Position numbers and translations under genes: made by a program. The notes under the pieces were generated by a model, which was not told the DNA's origin, did not search any database, and saw only the letters and a list, made by a program, of their open reading frames with translations. Shown one piece after another: positions 1 through 8,886 of a stretch of 64,000 nucleotides of DNA; position 1 is the stretch's first letter; the number at the start of each line of letters is the position of its first letter. Source of the stretch: an uncultured cyanobacterium (GTDB lineage Bacteria; Cyanobacteriota; Cyanobacteriia; CAKZMO01); assembly GCA_963719515.1 (NCBI GenBank), contig CAVRCJ010000016.1, positions 1 to 64,000 of the forward strand. The letters run 5' to 3'.

Positions 1-40
1 AGCCAAGCCATGTTAGCTACTAGACAGGAAGCCCCGCGCT

Positions 41-223
41 CTACCCGTCAGGGTGAGCGTCGGGATGAGAGTCGCGGTCGTCGATGGGGCTCAATGCCCC
101 GGAGACGGCCAAACTTCGGATGTACTCCCTAAGGACATCGTTGATAGTTCTTTCGGTCATCTCACAATACTTGTCAAGATGCTGCTTTTCTCTGTCAGCG
201 GCTCTAATAGTTATTTGCTGCAT
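41..223 (-). CDS. Small ribbon-helix-helix (CopG-like) protein inside the IS
   Basis: MQQITIRAADREKQHLDKYCEMTERTINDVLREYIRSL has a beta-alpha-alpha pattern; divergent from tnpB where tnpA usually sits. Confidence 0.65.
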   Translation of the reverse strand: MQQITIRAADREKQHLDKYCEMTERTINDVLREYIRSLAVSGALSPIDDRDSHPDAHPDG

Positions 224-256
224 GTCGTTCTGATGTCAATATGCTATCATTATTGC

Positions 257-1453
257 ATGAAAGTCACCCATCAGTACAGGTTACGCCCAACGGCTGAGCA
301 AACGGTTACCATGACCCGATGGCTAGATATGCTTCGGGCACAGTACAACTGGTTGCTGGCTGAGCGCTTCGACTGGTGGGAGATGAACCGCTGTTCGGTC
401 AACGCCTGCCCACTCACCTGTAGCCTTGCGCCACTCAAAGATAATCCTAATTACTACAGCCAGAAGGCTAGCCTAGTACCTCTCAAGCGAGAGCGACCCT
501 GGTACAAAGATTTGCACTCACAAGCGCTTCAGGAGGTGACGAAGCAGGTAAAGCAGACGTTCGAGCGTTTCATCAAAGGTGATAAAAACGGTAAGCGTAG
601 CGGCAAGCCTCGGTTCAAAGGCGCGGGGCGCTACAGGACGTTCACGTTCCCGCAGATGAAACCTGACTGCATCGATGGAAGTCGTATTACCCTGCCTAAG
701 ATTGGCCAGGTGAAGCTAATCCTTCATCGCCCGATACCTGATGGGTTTACTGTCAAAACGGCCAAGGTGACTCGCAAAGCAGATGGTTGGTATGTGAGCC
801 TGTTACTGGAAAACAATGCCGTTCCGATGCTTACTCCGGATGTCGATAGGGCTAAGTCTGTCGGTGTTGATGTTGGGCTGAAGGATTTCTTGGTTACCAG
901 TGACGGTGAGAGCGTTCCTATCCCTCAGTTCTTTCGACGCTCAGAGCGGCAGCTATCCAAGCTGCAGCGGCAGCTATCGAGACAGAAGAAGGGCTCTAAC
1001 CGCTGGCGTAAGCAGGTGAATCGCATCGCCAAACTACACCTAAAGATATCGCGTCAGCGTCGTGATTTCTTTTCTAAGGTGTGGGATTGGCTGTTCTCAA
1101 AGTACGATGTTGTCGCTCATGAAAAGCTCAACATCAAAGGACTTGCTCGAACCAGACTGGCAAAGTCAATCGCTGATGCCGCATGGGGTACATTCTTGGA
1201 GATAGGCTCTTTCAAAGCCGCGAAAGCTGGAAAGATGACCATCGCTGAGAACCCACGCGGAACCAGCATTGATTGCTCGGGTTGTGGTGAGCGGGTACCA
1301 AAGACGCTGGCCGATCGGGTCCATAGTTGCCCGTCATGCGGCTTAACGATCTGTCGCGACCACAACGCGGCTATCAACCTATTGAATAGGGCTGTGGGAC
1401 ATCAAGCCCTTAATCTCTCAGGAAATGTCTCAGCGGTAGCTGGGAGTCACTGA
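257..1453 (+). CDS. tnpB: RNA-guided endonuclease TnpB
   Basis: N-terminal MKVTHQYRLRPT HTH, RuvC-I GVDVGLK, RuvC-II AHEKLNI, zinc finger CSGC..CPSC, RuvC-III RDHNAAINL. Start set at ATG 257, just after TGcTATCAT. Confidence 0.95.
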   Translation: MKVTHQYRLRPTAEQTVTMTRWLDMLRAQYNWLLAERFDWWEMNRCSVNACPLTCSLAPLKDNPNYYSQKASLVPLKRERPWYKDLHSQALQEVTKQVKQTFERFIKGDKNGKRSGKPRFKGAGRYRTFTFPQMKPDCIDGSRITLPKIGQVKLILHRPIPDGFTVKTAKVTRKADGWYVSLLLENNAVPMLTPDVDRAKSVGVDVGLKDFLVTSDGESVPIPQFFRRSERQLSKLQRQLSRQKKGSNRWRKQVNRIAKLHLKISRQRRDFFSKVWDWLFSKYDVVAHEKLNIKGLARTRLAKSIADAAWGTFLEIGSFKAAKAGKMTIAENPRGTSIDCSGCGERVPKTLADRVHSCPSCGLTICRDHNAAINLLNRAVGHQALNLSGNVSAVAGSH

Positions 1454-1499
1454 GGAAGCCCGCGCTGTATGCGTAGCATCAGCGTCGGGAGGATGTCAC

Positions 1500-2041
1500 C
1501 AACCGCCGCCAGGGCAAACTGGCTCCAAGCATCCGGGCCAACCGGCAGCTTAAATTACGGGTGGCGAAAGAGCTAGCCGCTATCCTGCCCATCTCCGTTT
1601 GTCAGCCACGAATCGTTCCGAACTAAAAACACTCACGGCAAAGTCTGGACCGGCAGCGTTGCTATCACCGATTGCCTGTTTAAGATCATTCGTCGTCCGC
1701 CTATCTGCCGCCGCCAACTTCACCTACTGCAGCCCGCCAAGGGTGGGAAGCGTCGCGCCTACGGCGGCACCGTCACCCGGCATGGCTATCGGAAGGGCGA
1801 CATGGTCCATGCGGTTCACGCTGGCCGTGAGTGCATCGGGTGGGTGTCTGGCGATACCGCTCGGCAAGTGTCTGTTTCCGATATCAATTGGAAACGAATA
1901 GCGCAGTTTGCCGCTTCAAAAGTGCGGCTGATTAAGCGCAGTACTGGGCTGCTGATTTCGGGGGCATCGTTGGCGCAGCCTGCGCACAGCACACACCCCA
2001 CTCAGTCAGCCCTCCTATCCCTCCCTAATCCGCTTCGCTGA
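1500..2041 (+). pseudogene. IsrB/IscB-like (RRXRR family) OMEGA protein remnant, interrupted by the tnpB element and internally deleted
   Basis: Bases 1-16 plus 1500 onward read SNRRQGKLAPSIRANRQLKLRVAKELAAILPIS. After a frame jump near 1597: IRRPPICRRQLHLLQPAKGGKRRAYGGTVTRHGYRKGD..IGWVSGDTARQVSVSDINWKRI, typical of cyanobacterial RRXRR proteins. Downstream hairpin CCCTAATC/GATTAGGG (2023-2049) and ATGA (2066-2069) resemble an element end. Confidence 0.75.
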
Positions 2042-2072
2042 GATTAGGGTATCCCCGAGAAAAAGATGAACC

Positions 2073-2114
2073 GCTGGAGGAAGAGAGCCGCTTGAGAAAG
2101 CCTCTTCCTCCAGC
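2073..2114 (-). terminator. Stem-loop downstream of msrA
   Basis: GCTGGAGGAAGAG ... CTCTTCCTCCAGC inverted repeat just past the msrA stop. Confidence 0.5.
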
Positions 2115-2138
2115 CCCATTCTGTTGGTAGCGACCAGC

Positions 2139-2801
2139 TTAACCGTGCTCAACCGCCAGTCCTACCGGGCAAGCGACCCCAGTTCCCCCCAATCCACAGT
2201 ATCCGCCTGGATTTTTTGCGAGATACTGCTGGTGGTAATCTTCAGCAAAATAAAACTCAGGAGCCTCCAAAATTTCAGTCGTGATGCCGCCATGACCTGC
2301 TGCATTCAGCTGCTCTTGGTAGGCCGCCTTGGACGTCTCGGCAAGCTGACGCTGCTCGTCTGAATAAGTGTAGATGCCTGAGCGGTACTGAGTTCCTGTA
2401 TCATTGCCCTGACGCATGCCTTGGGTCGGATTGTGGCTTTCCCAAAAGACTTTGAGCAATTCAGCGTAGCTGATAACGCCGGGGTCAAAGACGACGAGCA
2501 CCACTTCGTTGTGGCCCGTTGCCCCGGAGCAGACTTCCCGGTACGTCGGATTAGGCGTATAGCCTGCCGCATAGCCTACTGCAGTGGTGTAGACGCCCTC
2601 TTGCTGCCAAAAGCAGCGCTCTGCGCCCCAGAAGCAGCCTAGCCCAAACACCGCCGTCTCCATGCCGTCGGGATAGGGAGGCTTTAGGGGTTTTCCATTC
2701 ACAAAGTGCTTATCTGGCACGGGCATTGCTGCTTCGCGTCCGGGGAGCGCTTTTTCTGGAGTGGGCATTTCCGCTTTTTTCCCGAGTCCAAAGAGTGCCA
2801 T
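2139..2801 (-). CDS. msrA: Peptide-methionine (S)-S-oxide reductase
   Basis: GCFWGAE active site, AEDYHQQYL motif. Confidence 0.97.
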   Translation of the reverse strand: MALFGLGKKAEMPTPEKALPGREAAMPVPDKHFVNGKPLKPPYPDGMETAVFGLGCFWGAERCFWQQEGVYTTAVGYAAGYTPNPTYREVCSGATGHNEVVLVVFDPGVISYAELLKVFWESHNPTQGMRQGNDTGTQYRSGIYTYSDEQRQLAETSKAAYQEQLNAAGHGGITTEILEAPEFYFAEDYHQQYLAKNPGGYCGLGGTGVACPVGLAVEHG

Positions 2802-2892
2802 TTAAAGTGTTCCTGCTAAATTGAACGTCTGTATTCCGTACGGTGCTGTCGAACCATTGTCCCTATTTTAAAGGGCTGTCGTTTCTACCACA

Positions 2893-3341
2893 GTGACATA
2901 CTCCCGACGCTCATCTTTTAGATGGAGCGCGGGCTTCTTGGCTCACGCACCACAATTTAATGGATGCCGCGCAAGAAGGTTTCCTGCTTCATCTGGTCCT
3001 GTCTAGTTACGCAGCAAGCCGTGCAACCCCGATTAGATCCCATCGACAGGCGATTTGTTTAATGTCCAGGCAATGACCAACCCCAGACAGTGACGAGTAT
3101 TCAATTTCCAGCTACGTTTTCTACCGTCTGCACTGTTCACCAGCCAAGGGCTGTACGTTTGTGTCAGGATAGCAGGCCGCCGCCACGAAATAGTTTGAGC
3201 TTGGTTCAATTGTACCCTTTGCTCGCCTCGGCGCTGCCCTTAATTGCCGCCTTCGGCATCCAGTCAAGGGCGCACCTCGACTCGCTCGCTTACATCCCGA
3301 CGCTGATGCTGCGCATACAGCGCGGGGCTTTCACGAACTAG
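2893..3341 (-). mobile_element. Non-autonomous IS605-type element (449 bp, type 2)
   Basis: Minus strand: TTAG target (3342-3345), AAGC-CCCGCGCT..AGCGTCGGG left hairpin, GAAG-CCCGCGCT..AGCGTCGGG..TCAC right end. No credible ORF; internal TACAAT (3209-3214). Confidence 0.85.
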
Positions 3342-3463
3342 CTAAAAGTTTGTGGCGGATATCTGTTATCAATCGTTAGGAAAACCCTACCGATCGCCTT
3401 GTTAAGGGCGTTCTAGGTTGAGAGCGTTCTAGAATGTTGCGTCTGCTAATCCAGCCTACCGCC

Positions 3464-5635
3464 TCACACCGTCGCCCGCTCGCCATTGCTGGCGTGGGGC
3501 GTCAAGGCATCGGCAGACTTCCACGTAAAGGAAAACGTGGCCCCAGCGCCGACGTCAGACTCAACCCAAATCTTTCCCCCCTCCGCCCGCACGAGCCGCT
3601 TCACGATGGCCAGCCCAATGCCGGTGCTGACCACCGTACCCGTCTCTAGCACGGTAGACTGATTCGACTGCAGGGTTTCGAAGACGCCGAAGATTTTGGC
3701 CTGGTCGGCAGGGGCAATCCCTGGCCCTTTGTCGGCGATCGCAAACCGGTAGCCGTCGAGCTGCTCCCAGGCTGAAATCGTAATTTCGCCCTGCCCCTTC
3801 ACGCAGCCGTATTTGATGGCATTGCTGATCAGATTGGCAAACACCTGGCTGAGCATCACCCGCCTCACCTGAAAAGTCGGCAGCTTCGTGGCGACTCGAA
3901 TTACGATGCCGGGGGGTACCGTCAAGATACTGACCACCTCCCGCACTAGTTCAGCTACGTCAACGCGCTCAGGGGGCTGCTTCACCCGTCCGGCCCGGGA
4001 ATAGTCCAGCAGGTCGTTGATTAACGTCTCCATCAGGGTGACCCGGTTTCCCAACAGCCTGAGCTGATTTTGGTTATCGGGTGGGATGATGTCACCGAGG
4101 TCTTCCTGCAGCCATTGAGATAAATTGTGAATACCGCGTAGGGGAGCCTTGAGGTCATGGGAGACGACATAGGCAAATTGATTGAGGTCTTTGTTTCTTT
4201 GATCGAGATCTGCTGTGATGGTCTTGAGGACGTGATTGAGCCGGGTCAGCTCTTGCGCCCGGTATGCCAGAGCTTCCTCGACCCGCTTCCGCTCGGTGAC
4301 GTTGAGGGTGATGCCCGTCATGCGAGTAGGGTGCCCCCCGCTGCTGTAAAGGGTCTGGCCGATAACCGTCAGCCAGCGGATACCGCCGGTTGGATGCAAG
4401 ATCCGAAATTCGACGTTGAGTCCGACTCTTTTTTCTAGAGCGTTGAAAATGGCCTGGTTGACGCGAACGCGATCGGGCTTCAAGACGGAAGCCAGCCAGC
4501 TCTCATAGGAAAGAATTTCTGAGGCGTCAAGGCCGTGAAGCCGGTAGCACTCTTCTGACCAGGTAATTGTATTGTTGAGCAGGTTCCAGTCCCAAAGGCC
4601 TGCGCCTGCGGCCCGCTGAGCGAGGCGCAGGCGCTCTTCGCTCTCTCTCAGTTCAGCTTCAACGCGACCCCGTTCAGCGATTTCCGTTTGCGCCTGCCGG
4701 TAGAGCTCTGCCTGCTGGAGCGCAATGCCAACTTGAGTCGCGATATCTTGAAGCAGCTCAACTTCCAAAGGCTTCCACTGCCGGGGGGCTGCGCAGTGAT
4801 GAACAATCAGCATTCCCCACAAATCGCCTTTTTGTAGAATGGGCACCACCAGGTTGGCCTGCACCTGCAGTTTGTCTAGCAGCTCAACGTGGCAGGCATC
4901 TAAATTGCCGTCATGGATGTCAGAGCGAAGGACAGCCTGTCCTTGGCGAAAGGGTTCTACGTGGCTTTCTTCCAGGCAGGGGTCGTAAAAATCATGCGTT
5001 AGCGTTGCGAGCCATCCATCACCCGCAGATTCAGTGACTACTGTCCCTTCTCCGTTGGGATGGAGGCGAAACAGCAGGACGCGGTCGGTCTGCAAGAACT
5101 GACGAACCTCGGTGACGGTAGTCTGCAAAAGGCTCTCTAGATCCAGAGTTTGATGAATCTTGCGGGTGATTTCTGAAACCAGCTGCTCGCGCTCGATTCG
5201 CTGCTGCAGCTGGGCGCGGAGCTGCACCGTTGAAATGGCGCTATCAACCGCTACATGCAGCCCCTCTGCGGTAATTCTGCCCTTGACGAGGTAGTCTTGC
5301 GCCCCCGCCTTCATGGCCTTAACCGCGATCGCCTCGTTGCCTTGCCCCGTCACCATAATCACCGGAAAGGCGGGGCTTTGCGGTGAGCAAAAGTAAGGCT
5401 GCTGTGGCAAACATTCTAGGCGGGCCAAAAACTCTAGCCCATCGAAATCGGGGAGGCAATAGTCCAACAAAATCACGTCCGGGTGGTGCTGCTGCCACAG
5501 CTCTAGACCTTGCTCCCCCATTGTTGCCTCAATCAGCACGTAGTCGTGATCGGGGTCGCGCTCCAGGTACCTTCGGTAGAGTTCTCTATCTTCCGGAGAA
5601 TCGTCGACGACAAGTACAGTGCGTGGTAAAGACAT
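3464..5635 (-). CDS. Hybrid sensor kinase REC-GAF-PAS-HisKA-HATPase
   Basis: VLVVDD/ILLD receiver, GAF with DPC and CH residues (cyanobacteriochrome-like), PAS WDW, SHDLKAPL H-box, G boxes. Confidence 0.9.
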   Translation of the reverse strand: MSLPRTVLVVDDSPEDRELYRRYLERDPDHDYVLIEATMGEQGLELWQQHHPDVILLDYCLPDFDGLEFLARLECLPQQPYFCSPQSPAFPVIMVTGQGNEAIAVKAMKAGAQDYLVKGRITAEGLHVAVDSAISTVQLRAQLQQRIEREQLVSEITRKIHQTLDLESLLQTTVTEVRQFLQTDRVLLFRLHPNGEGTVVTESAGDGWLATLTHDFYDPCLEESHVEPFRQGQAVLRSDIHDGNLDACHVELLDKLQVQANLVVPILQKGDLWGMLIVHHCAAPRQWKPLEVELLQDIATQVGIALQQAELYRQAQTEIAERGRVEAELRESEERLRLAQRAAGAGLWDWNLLNNTITWSEECYRLHGLDASEILSYESWLASVLKPDRVRVNQAIFNALEKRVGLNVEFRILHPTGGIRWLTVIGQTLYSSGGHPTRMTGITLNVTERKRVEEALAYRAQELTRLNHVLKTITADLDQRNKDLNQFAYVVSHDLKAPLRGIHNLSQWLQEDLGDIIPPDNQNQLRLLGNRVTLMETLINDLLDYSRAGRVKQPPERVDVAELVREVVSILTVPPGIVIRVATKLPTFQVRRVMLSQVFANLISNAIKYGCVKGQGEITISAWEQLDGYRFAIADKGPGIAPADQAKIFGVFETLQSNQSTVLETGTVVSTGIGLAIVKRLVRAEGGKIWVESDVGAGATFSFTWKSADALTPHASNGERATV

Positions 5636-5637
5636 GA

Positions 5638-6108
5638 CTAATCCTGGACGAGACTGGGAAGCGTCGTAACCCCAAACCAATAATGCACCAGCGTTTGGAT
5701 ATCCTGCTTCAGCTGCGCAAAGTCGATGGGCTTGATGATGTAGCTGTTGACGCCATACCGGTAGCAGTCCTCTACATCTTTGGGGTTGTTGGAGGTCGTA
5801 AACACCACAACGGGGATGGTTTTGAGCGCCTCATCCTGCTTGATCTGGTGCAGCACCTGTCTGCCGTCAGTTCGAGGGAGATTGAGATCAAGCATAATCA
5901 TACCGGGGCGGGGAGCGCTGCTCTCCCGGTAAACCCCGGTATGGTAGAGAAATTCTAGGGCTTCTTCTCCGTTGACGCACCGAAAGATGGGGACAGCGAT
6001 CGCAGACCTACGCAGCAGACGGCAGACCGTTTCAAAGTCCTCGTTGCTGTCTTCTACAATCAACATTGGGGCCGTCACCTTGGGGGGCAACGCTAACGTA
6101 GAGCTCAT
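5638..6108 (-). CDS. rcpB: Phytochrome-associated single-domain response regulator (Rcp type)
   Basis: LIVEDS..MLDLNLP..VNSYIIKP..YWF; ATGA overlap with the phytochrome stop. Confidence 0.85.
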   Translation of the reverse strand: MSSTLALPPKVTAPMLIVEDSNEDFETVCRLLRRSAIAVPIFRCVNGEEALEFLYHTGVYRESSAPRPGMIMLDLNLPRTDGRQVLHQIKQDEALKTIPVVVFTTSNNPKDVEDCYRYGVNSYIIKPIDFAQLKQDIQTLVHYWFGVTTLPSLVQD

Positions 6109-8414
6109 GCGATCGCCTCTTCCATCAAGGTAAAGTAAAACGTACTGCCGTGGCCGGGGGCCGATTCTACCCAAAGTTTGCCGCCGTGCCTTTCTACTAT
6201 CTTACGAGCAATGGTAAGACCTGCCCCAGTGCCTCCGCCAAAGCTATCCCGCTCGTGTAGACGGTGAAAAATCTGAAAGATCCTGTCGAAGTACTTGGGG
6301 GATATTCCAATGCCGTTGTCTCGCACGTAGAAAATCTGCGCTGCCCCTGACCGGTCTACCTTTGGCGGTATACAGACCTCTCCTGATGAACTGACGTAGC
6401 CAATCTCAATCCACGGGTCGGCTTTATCATTATATTTGATCGCATTGCTGATTAAGTTGGTGAACAGCTCGCTGGCCTGGGCGCGATCGCAGCTCACCGC
6501 TGGCAGCGGTCTTGGAATCCGAAACTCGACGTTGTGGGGACGAGAGATATCGAGCATCGCGGTTGCCTGCCGGACGAGTAAGCCGAGGTCTACGGGCTCG
6601 CGAATCAGCGCATCTCGTCCCAAACGGGAAAAATAGAGGAGCGAATTGAGCAGCTCCTCCATACGCTGGGCAAGCCGCACTATTGTCTGCAGCTTCCTCA
6701 CCCCGTCTTGGTCCAGCTGGTCTTCGTAGTCCTCCATTAAGAAGTTGGCGTAGTTGTGAATCCCACGCAGCGGCTCTTTAAGATCATGAGAGGCAACGTA
6801 GGCAAAGGAGTCCAGCTCGTCATTGCTCCGCTGCAGCTCAGAGTTAACGGAGGCGATTTCGTCCGCCTGTCGCAGCACGATACCTACAATTAAGTTCCGT
6901 AGCTCAATGACGGCGTTGGTTTCAGCCAGCCGCCAAGGCAGAGAGCGGCCACGCACCGTCTCCTGCCAGCGCTCAAACGACTTGCGAGGCCTGAGGTCGA
7001 GGCTGCCGTCGGAGAGAACCTCGCCGGACTTGTTGGGGTCTCCGCCCCAGCTTACGGTGTGAACCACTTCGGGGCGAAACCAAAGAACGTAGTTGTGGTG
7101 AACTCGGGAAATCTCTAGGGCCAGAACTCCGCTAGCGATCGCCTGGAACGATTCTGCTGGCGGATAGCGCTTAGGGAGCGATCGCGTCTCGAATAGGTTC
7201 TGTAGCTGCGGTTTAATCCACTTCAGTAGCGCTGAGAGCTGATCATCCGTTGGAACATCCCCGACTTTGACGCAATGGCTCCCGCTATAGACCACGGCTC
7301 CCGATGCGTTGACCAAATCCAGCAGCTTGAGGTCGAGCTGTTGGATCCCCTCAAGAAAGTAATCTGCTTGAGAAAGGGCATCGACAAATTCGGTCTGCAG
7401 CGACGCCAATCGCCTTCGGTAATCGGCATCTTGGCTAGCTTCTTTATTGACCAGCTCTGCAGACATCACCTGACCTATAAACTGGCAGGCCGTACGCGTG
7501 CTGTAGGGGATGTACTTGGGCGATAGGTGATGGCAGGCAATTAGGCCCCACAGCGTTTGACCCCGCATCAGGGAGATAGACATAGACGCCGTGACGCCCA
7601 TGTTTTGGAGATATTCTAGGTGCAGCGGGGACACGCTGCGCAGCACGGCGTGGCTGAGGTCTAAAGGCAGGGCGGGGGTTGATGGGGAAGCGGTTAGGCC
7701 AACGGGCTGGTAGCTGACGTCTGGAATCAATCGGAGCCAGTTGAGGGTATAGAGATGGCGCGCCTGCTGGGGGATATCTGAGGCGGGGTAATGTAGCCCC
7801 AGGTAAGACGAGTCTTGGTCTGTCGCTTCGGCCACAACGCTCCCAGCGTAGTCTGGGTCAAACTGGTAGACCATGACGCGGTCAAAGCCGGTAATGCGGC
7901 GGATATCTTGGACTACGATTTGGCACATCTCCGAGGGCGTCGAAGACCTCTGAAGACGGGTTACCGTTCCGTGAACCTGGTGGTAAAACTCGGAAAAGCT
8001 CCCCTGCTCTGGCTCTATCTGGGACTCCAGCTCCAGAAGCACAAAGGCGTCGTTTGGGTGGACAATGCCATCGAAATGAACCGTCTTGGAATTTACCTGA
8101 ACCGAGATCTTCAGAGAATTGATGCGCTCAAACTCTTGGGTCAAGCAGCCCTGGATCTCCTCGACCTGGTCAGCGCCAATCAGCGCTGATAGCGGTTGCC
8201 CCAGCAGCGCCTGCGGCTGGCGCGCCAGCAAATGAGCAACGTTGTTGCTCACCTGGGCAATCGTTAAGTCCGCGCGCTCTAAGACCAGTAGAGCGCCGTG
8301 GGGCTGGATTAATCCAGGCACGTGAATGGGTTCGCGATCGCAGTTGGTCAAGTTTGCCGCTTCAACGGGCGGTTCGATCGCTTGCTGAGCCTCTGGCATG
8401 GGTGACTTTACCAT
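6105..8414 (-). CDS. cphB: Bacteriophytochrome-type PAS-GAF-PHY histidine kinase (CphB/AphB class)
   Basis: N-terminal NCDREPIH Cys, PASDIP, SPLH (Leu at the Cph1 chromophore Cys position), PRKSF tongue, SHDLKEPL. Confidence 0.88.
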   Translation of the reverse strand: MVKSPMPEAQQAIEPPVEAANLTNCDREPIHVPGLIQPHGALLVLERADLTIAQVSNNVAHLLARQPQALLGQPLSALIGADQVEEIQGCLTQEFERINSLKISVQVNSKTVHFDGIVHPNDAFVLLELESQIEPEQGSFSEFYHQVHGTVTRLQRSSTPSEMCQIVVQDIRRITGFDRVMVYQFDPDYAGSVVAEATDQDSSYLGLHYPASDIPQQARHLYTLNWLRLIPDVSYQPVGLTASPSTPALPLDLSHAVLRSVSPLHLEYLQNMGVTASMSISLMRGQTLWGLIACHHLSPKYIPYSTRTACQFIGQVMSAELVNKEASQDADYRRRLASLQTEFVDALSQADYFLEGIQQLDLKLLDLVNASGAVVYSGSHCVKVGDVPTDDQLSALLKWIKPQLQNLFETRSLPKRYPPAESFQAIASGVLALEISRVHHNYVLWFRPEVVHTVSWGGDPNKSGEVLSDGSLDLRPRKSFERWQETVRGRSLPWRLAETNAVIELRNLIVGIVLRQADEIASVNSELQRSNDELDSFAYVASHDLKEPLRGIHNYANFLMEDYEDQLDQDGVRKLQTIVRLAQRMEELLNSLLYFSRLGRDALIREPVDLGLLVRQATAMLDISRPHNVEFRIPRPLPAVSCDRAQASELFTNLISNAIKYNDKADPWIEIGYVSSSGEVCIPPKVDRSGAAQIFYVRDNGIGISPKYFDRIFQIFHRLHERDSFGGGTGAGLTIARKIVERHGGKLWVESAPGHGSTFYFTLMEEAIA

Positions 8415-8494
8415 ACAGGTTGAGGGACAAACAGACGGGTTGCCCTAGTCTACGGCAACGCTCCACTCTCATTATGTCCCAAAGCCACGGTGTC

Positions 8495-8886
8495 GTGACA
8501 TCCTCCCGACGCTGACAGCGAGCTGTACAGCGCGGGCTTCCTCAGTGACTCCCAGCTATTGCCGAGACATATCCTGAGATAGGTTTATACTCCGCCTGAT
8601 GCCCCACGGCAGAGTTTTGAATTTTCATCTCCGCGAGGGAGGATACGCACTATGTGTCGCAGATACATTTGCAAACTGAGGAACGGGTGACTTGCAGCTT
8701 TCGCCTACGGGCCCGTCACACTCTTTGCGGGGTGTATCACCTTGCTATCTCTATCATACCAACTGCTAGCCTCAGCGCTGAGCGCACTATCCGCTGTGCA
8801 TCATTTTGCGGGCGCACTTCGGCTAGCGCGACTCTCATCCCGACGCTCACCCTGACGGGTAGAGCGCGGGGCTTCCTGTCTAGTAG
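8495..8886 (-). mobile_element. Non-autonomous IS605 derivative, 392 bp (copy A)
   Basis: First 60 nt identical to the left end at 17-76; last ~110 nt homologous to the tnpB 3' end/right end; TTAG target at 8887-8890; nearly identical to copies B and C. Confidence 0.92.

Larger units (their letters stand above)
17..1499 (+). mobile_element. IS200/IS605-family element (tnpB + divergent RHH gene, no tnpA), inserted 3' of TTAG
   Basis: Left end: TTAG (13-16), then AAGC-CCCGCGCT..AGCGTCGGG hairpin. Right end: GAAG-CCCGCGCT..AGCGTCGGG hairpin ending in TCAC (1496-1499). The AAGC/TTAG and GAAG/TCAC pairs fit IS608-type guide/cleavage-site pairing. Joining the flanks restores one reading frame. Confidence 0.9.

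Noticed and set aside
53..256. Long N-terminal extensions of tnpB and other ORFs in the track (9386, 20560, 35527, 49975, 57767)
   Set aside because: They overlap divergent genes or IS ends; homolog-like sequence begins at downstream ATGs.
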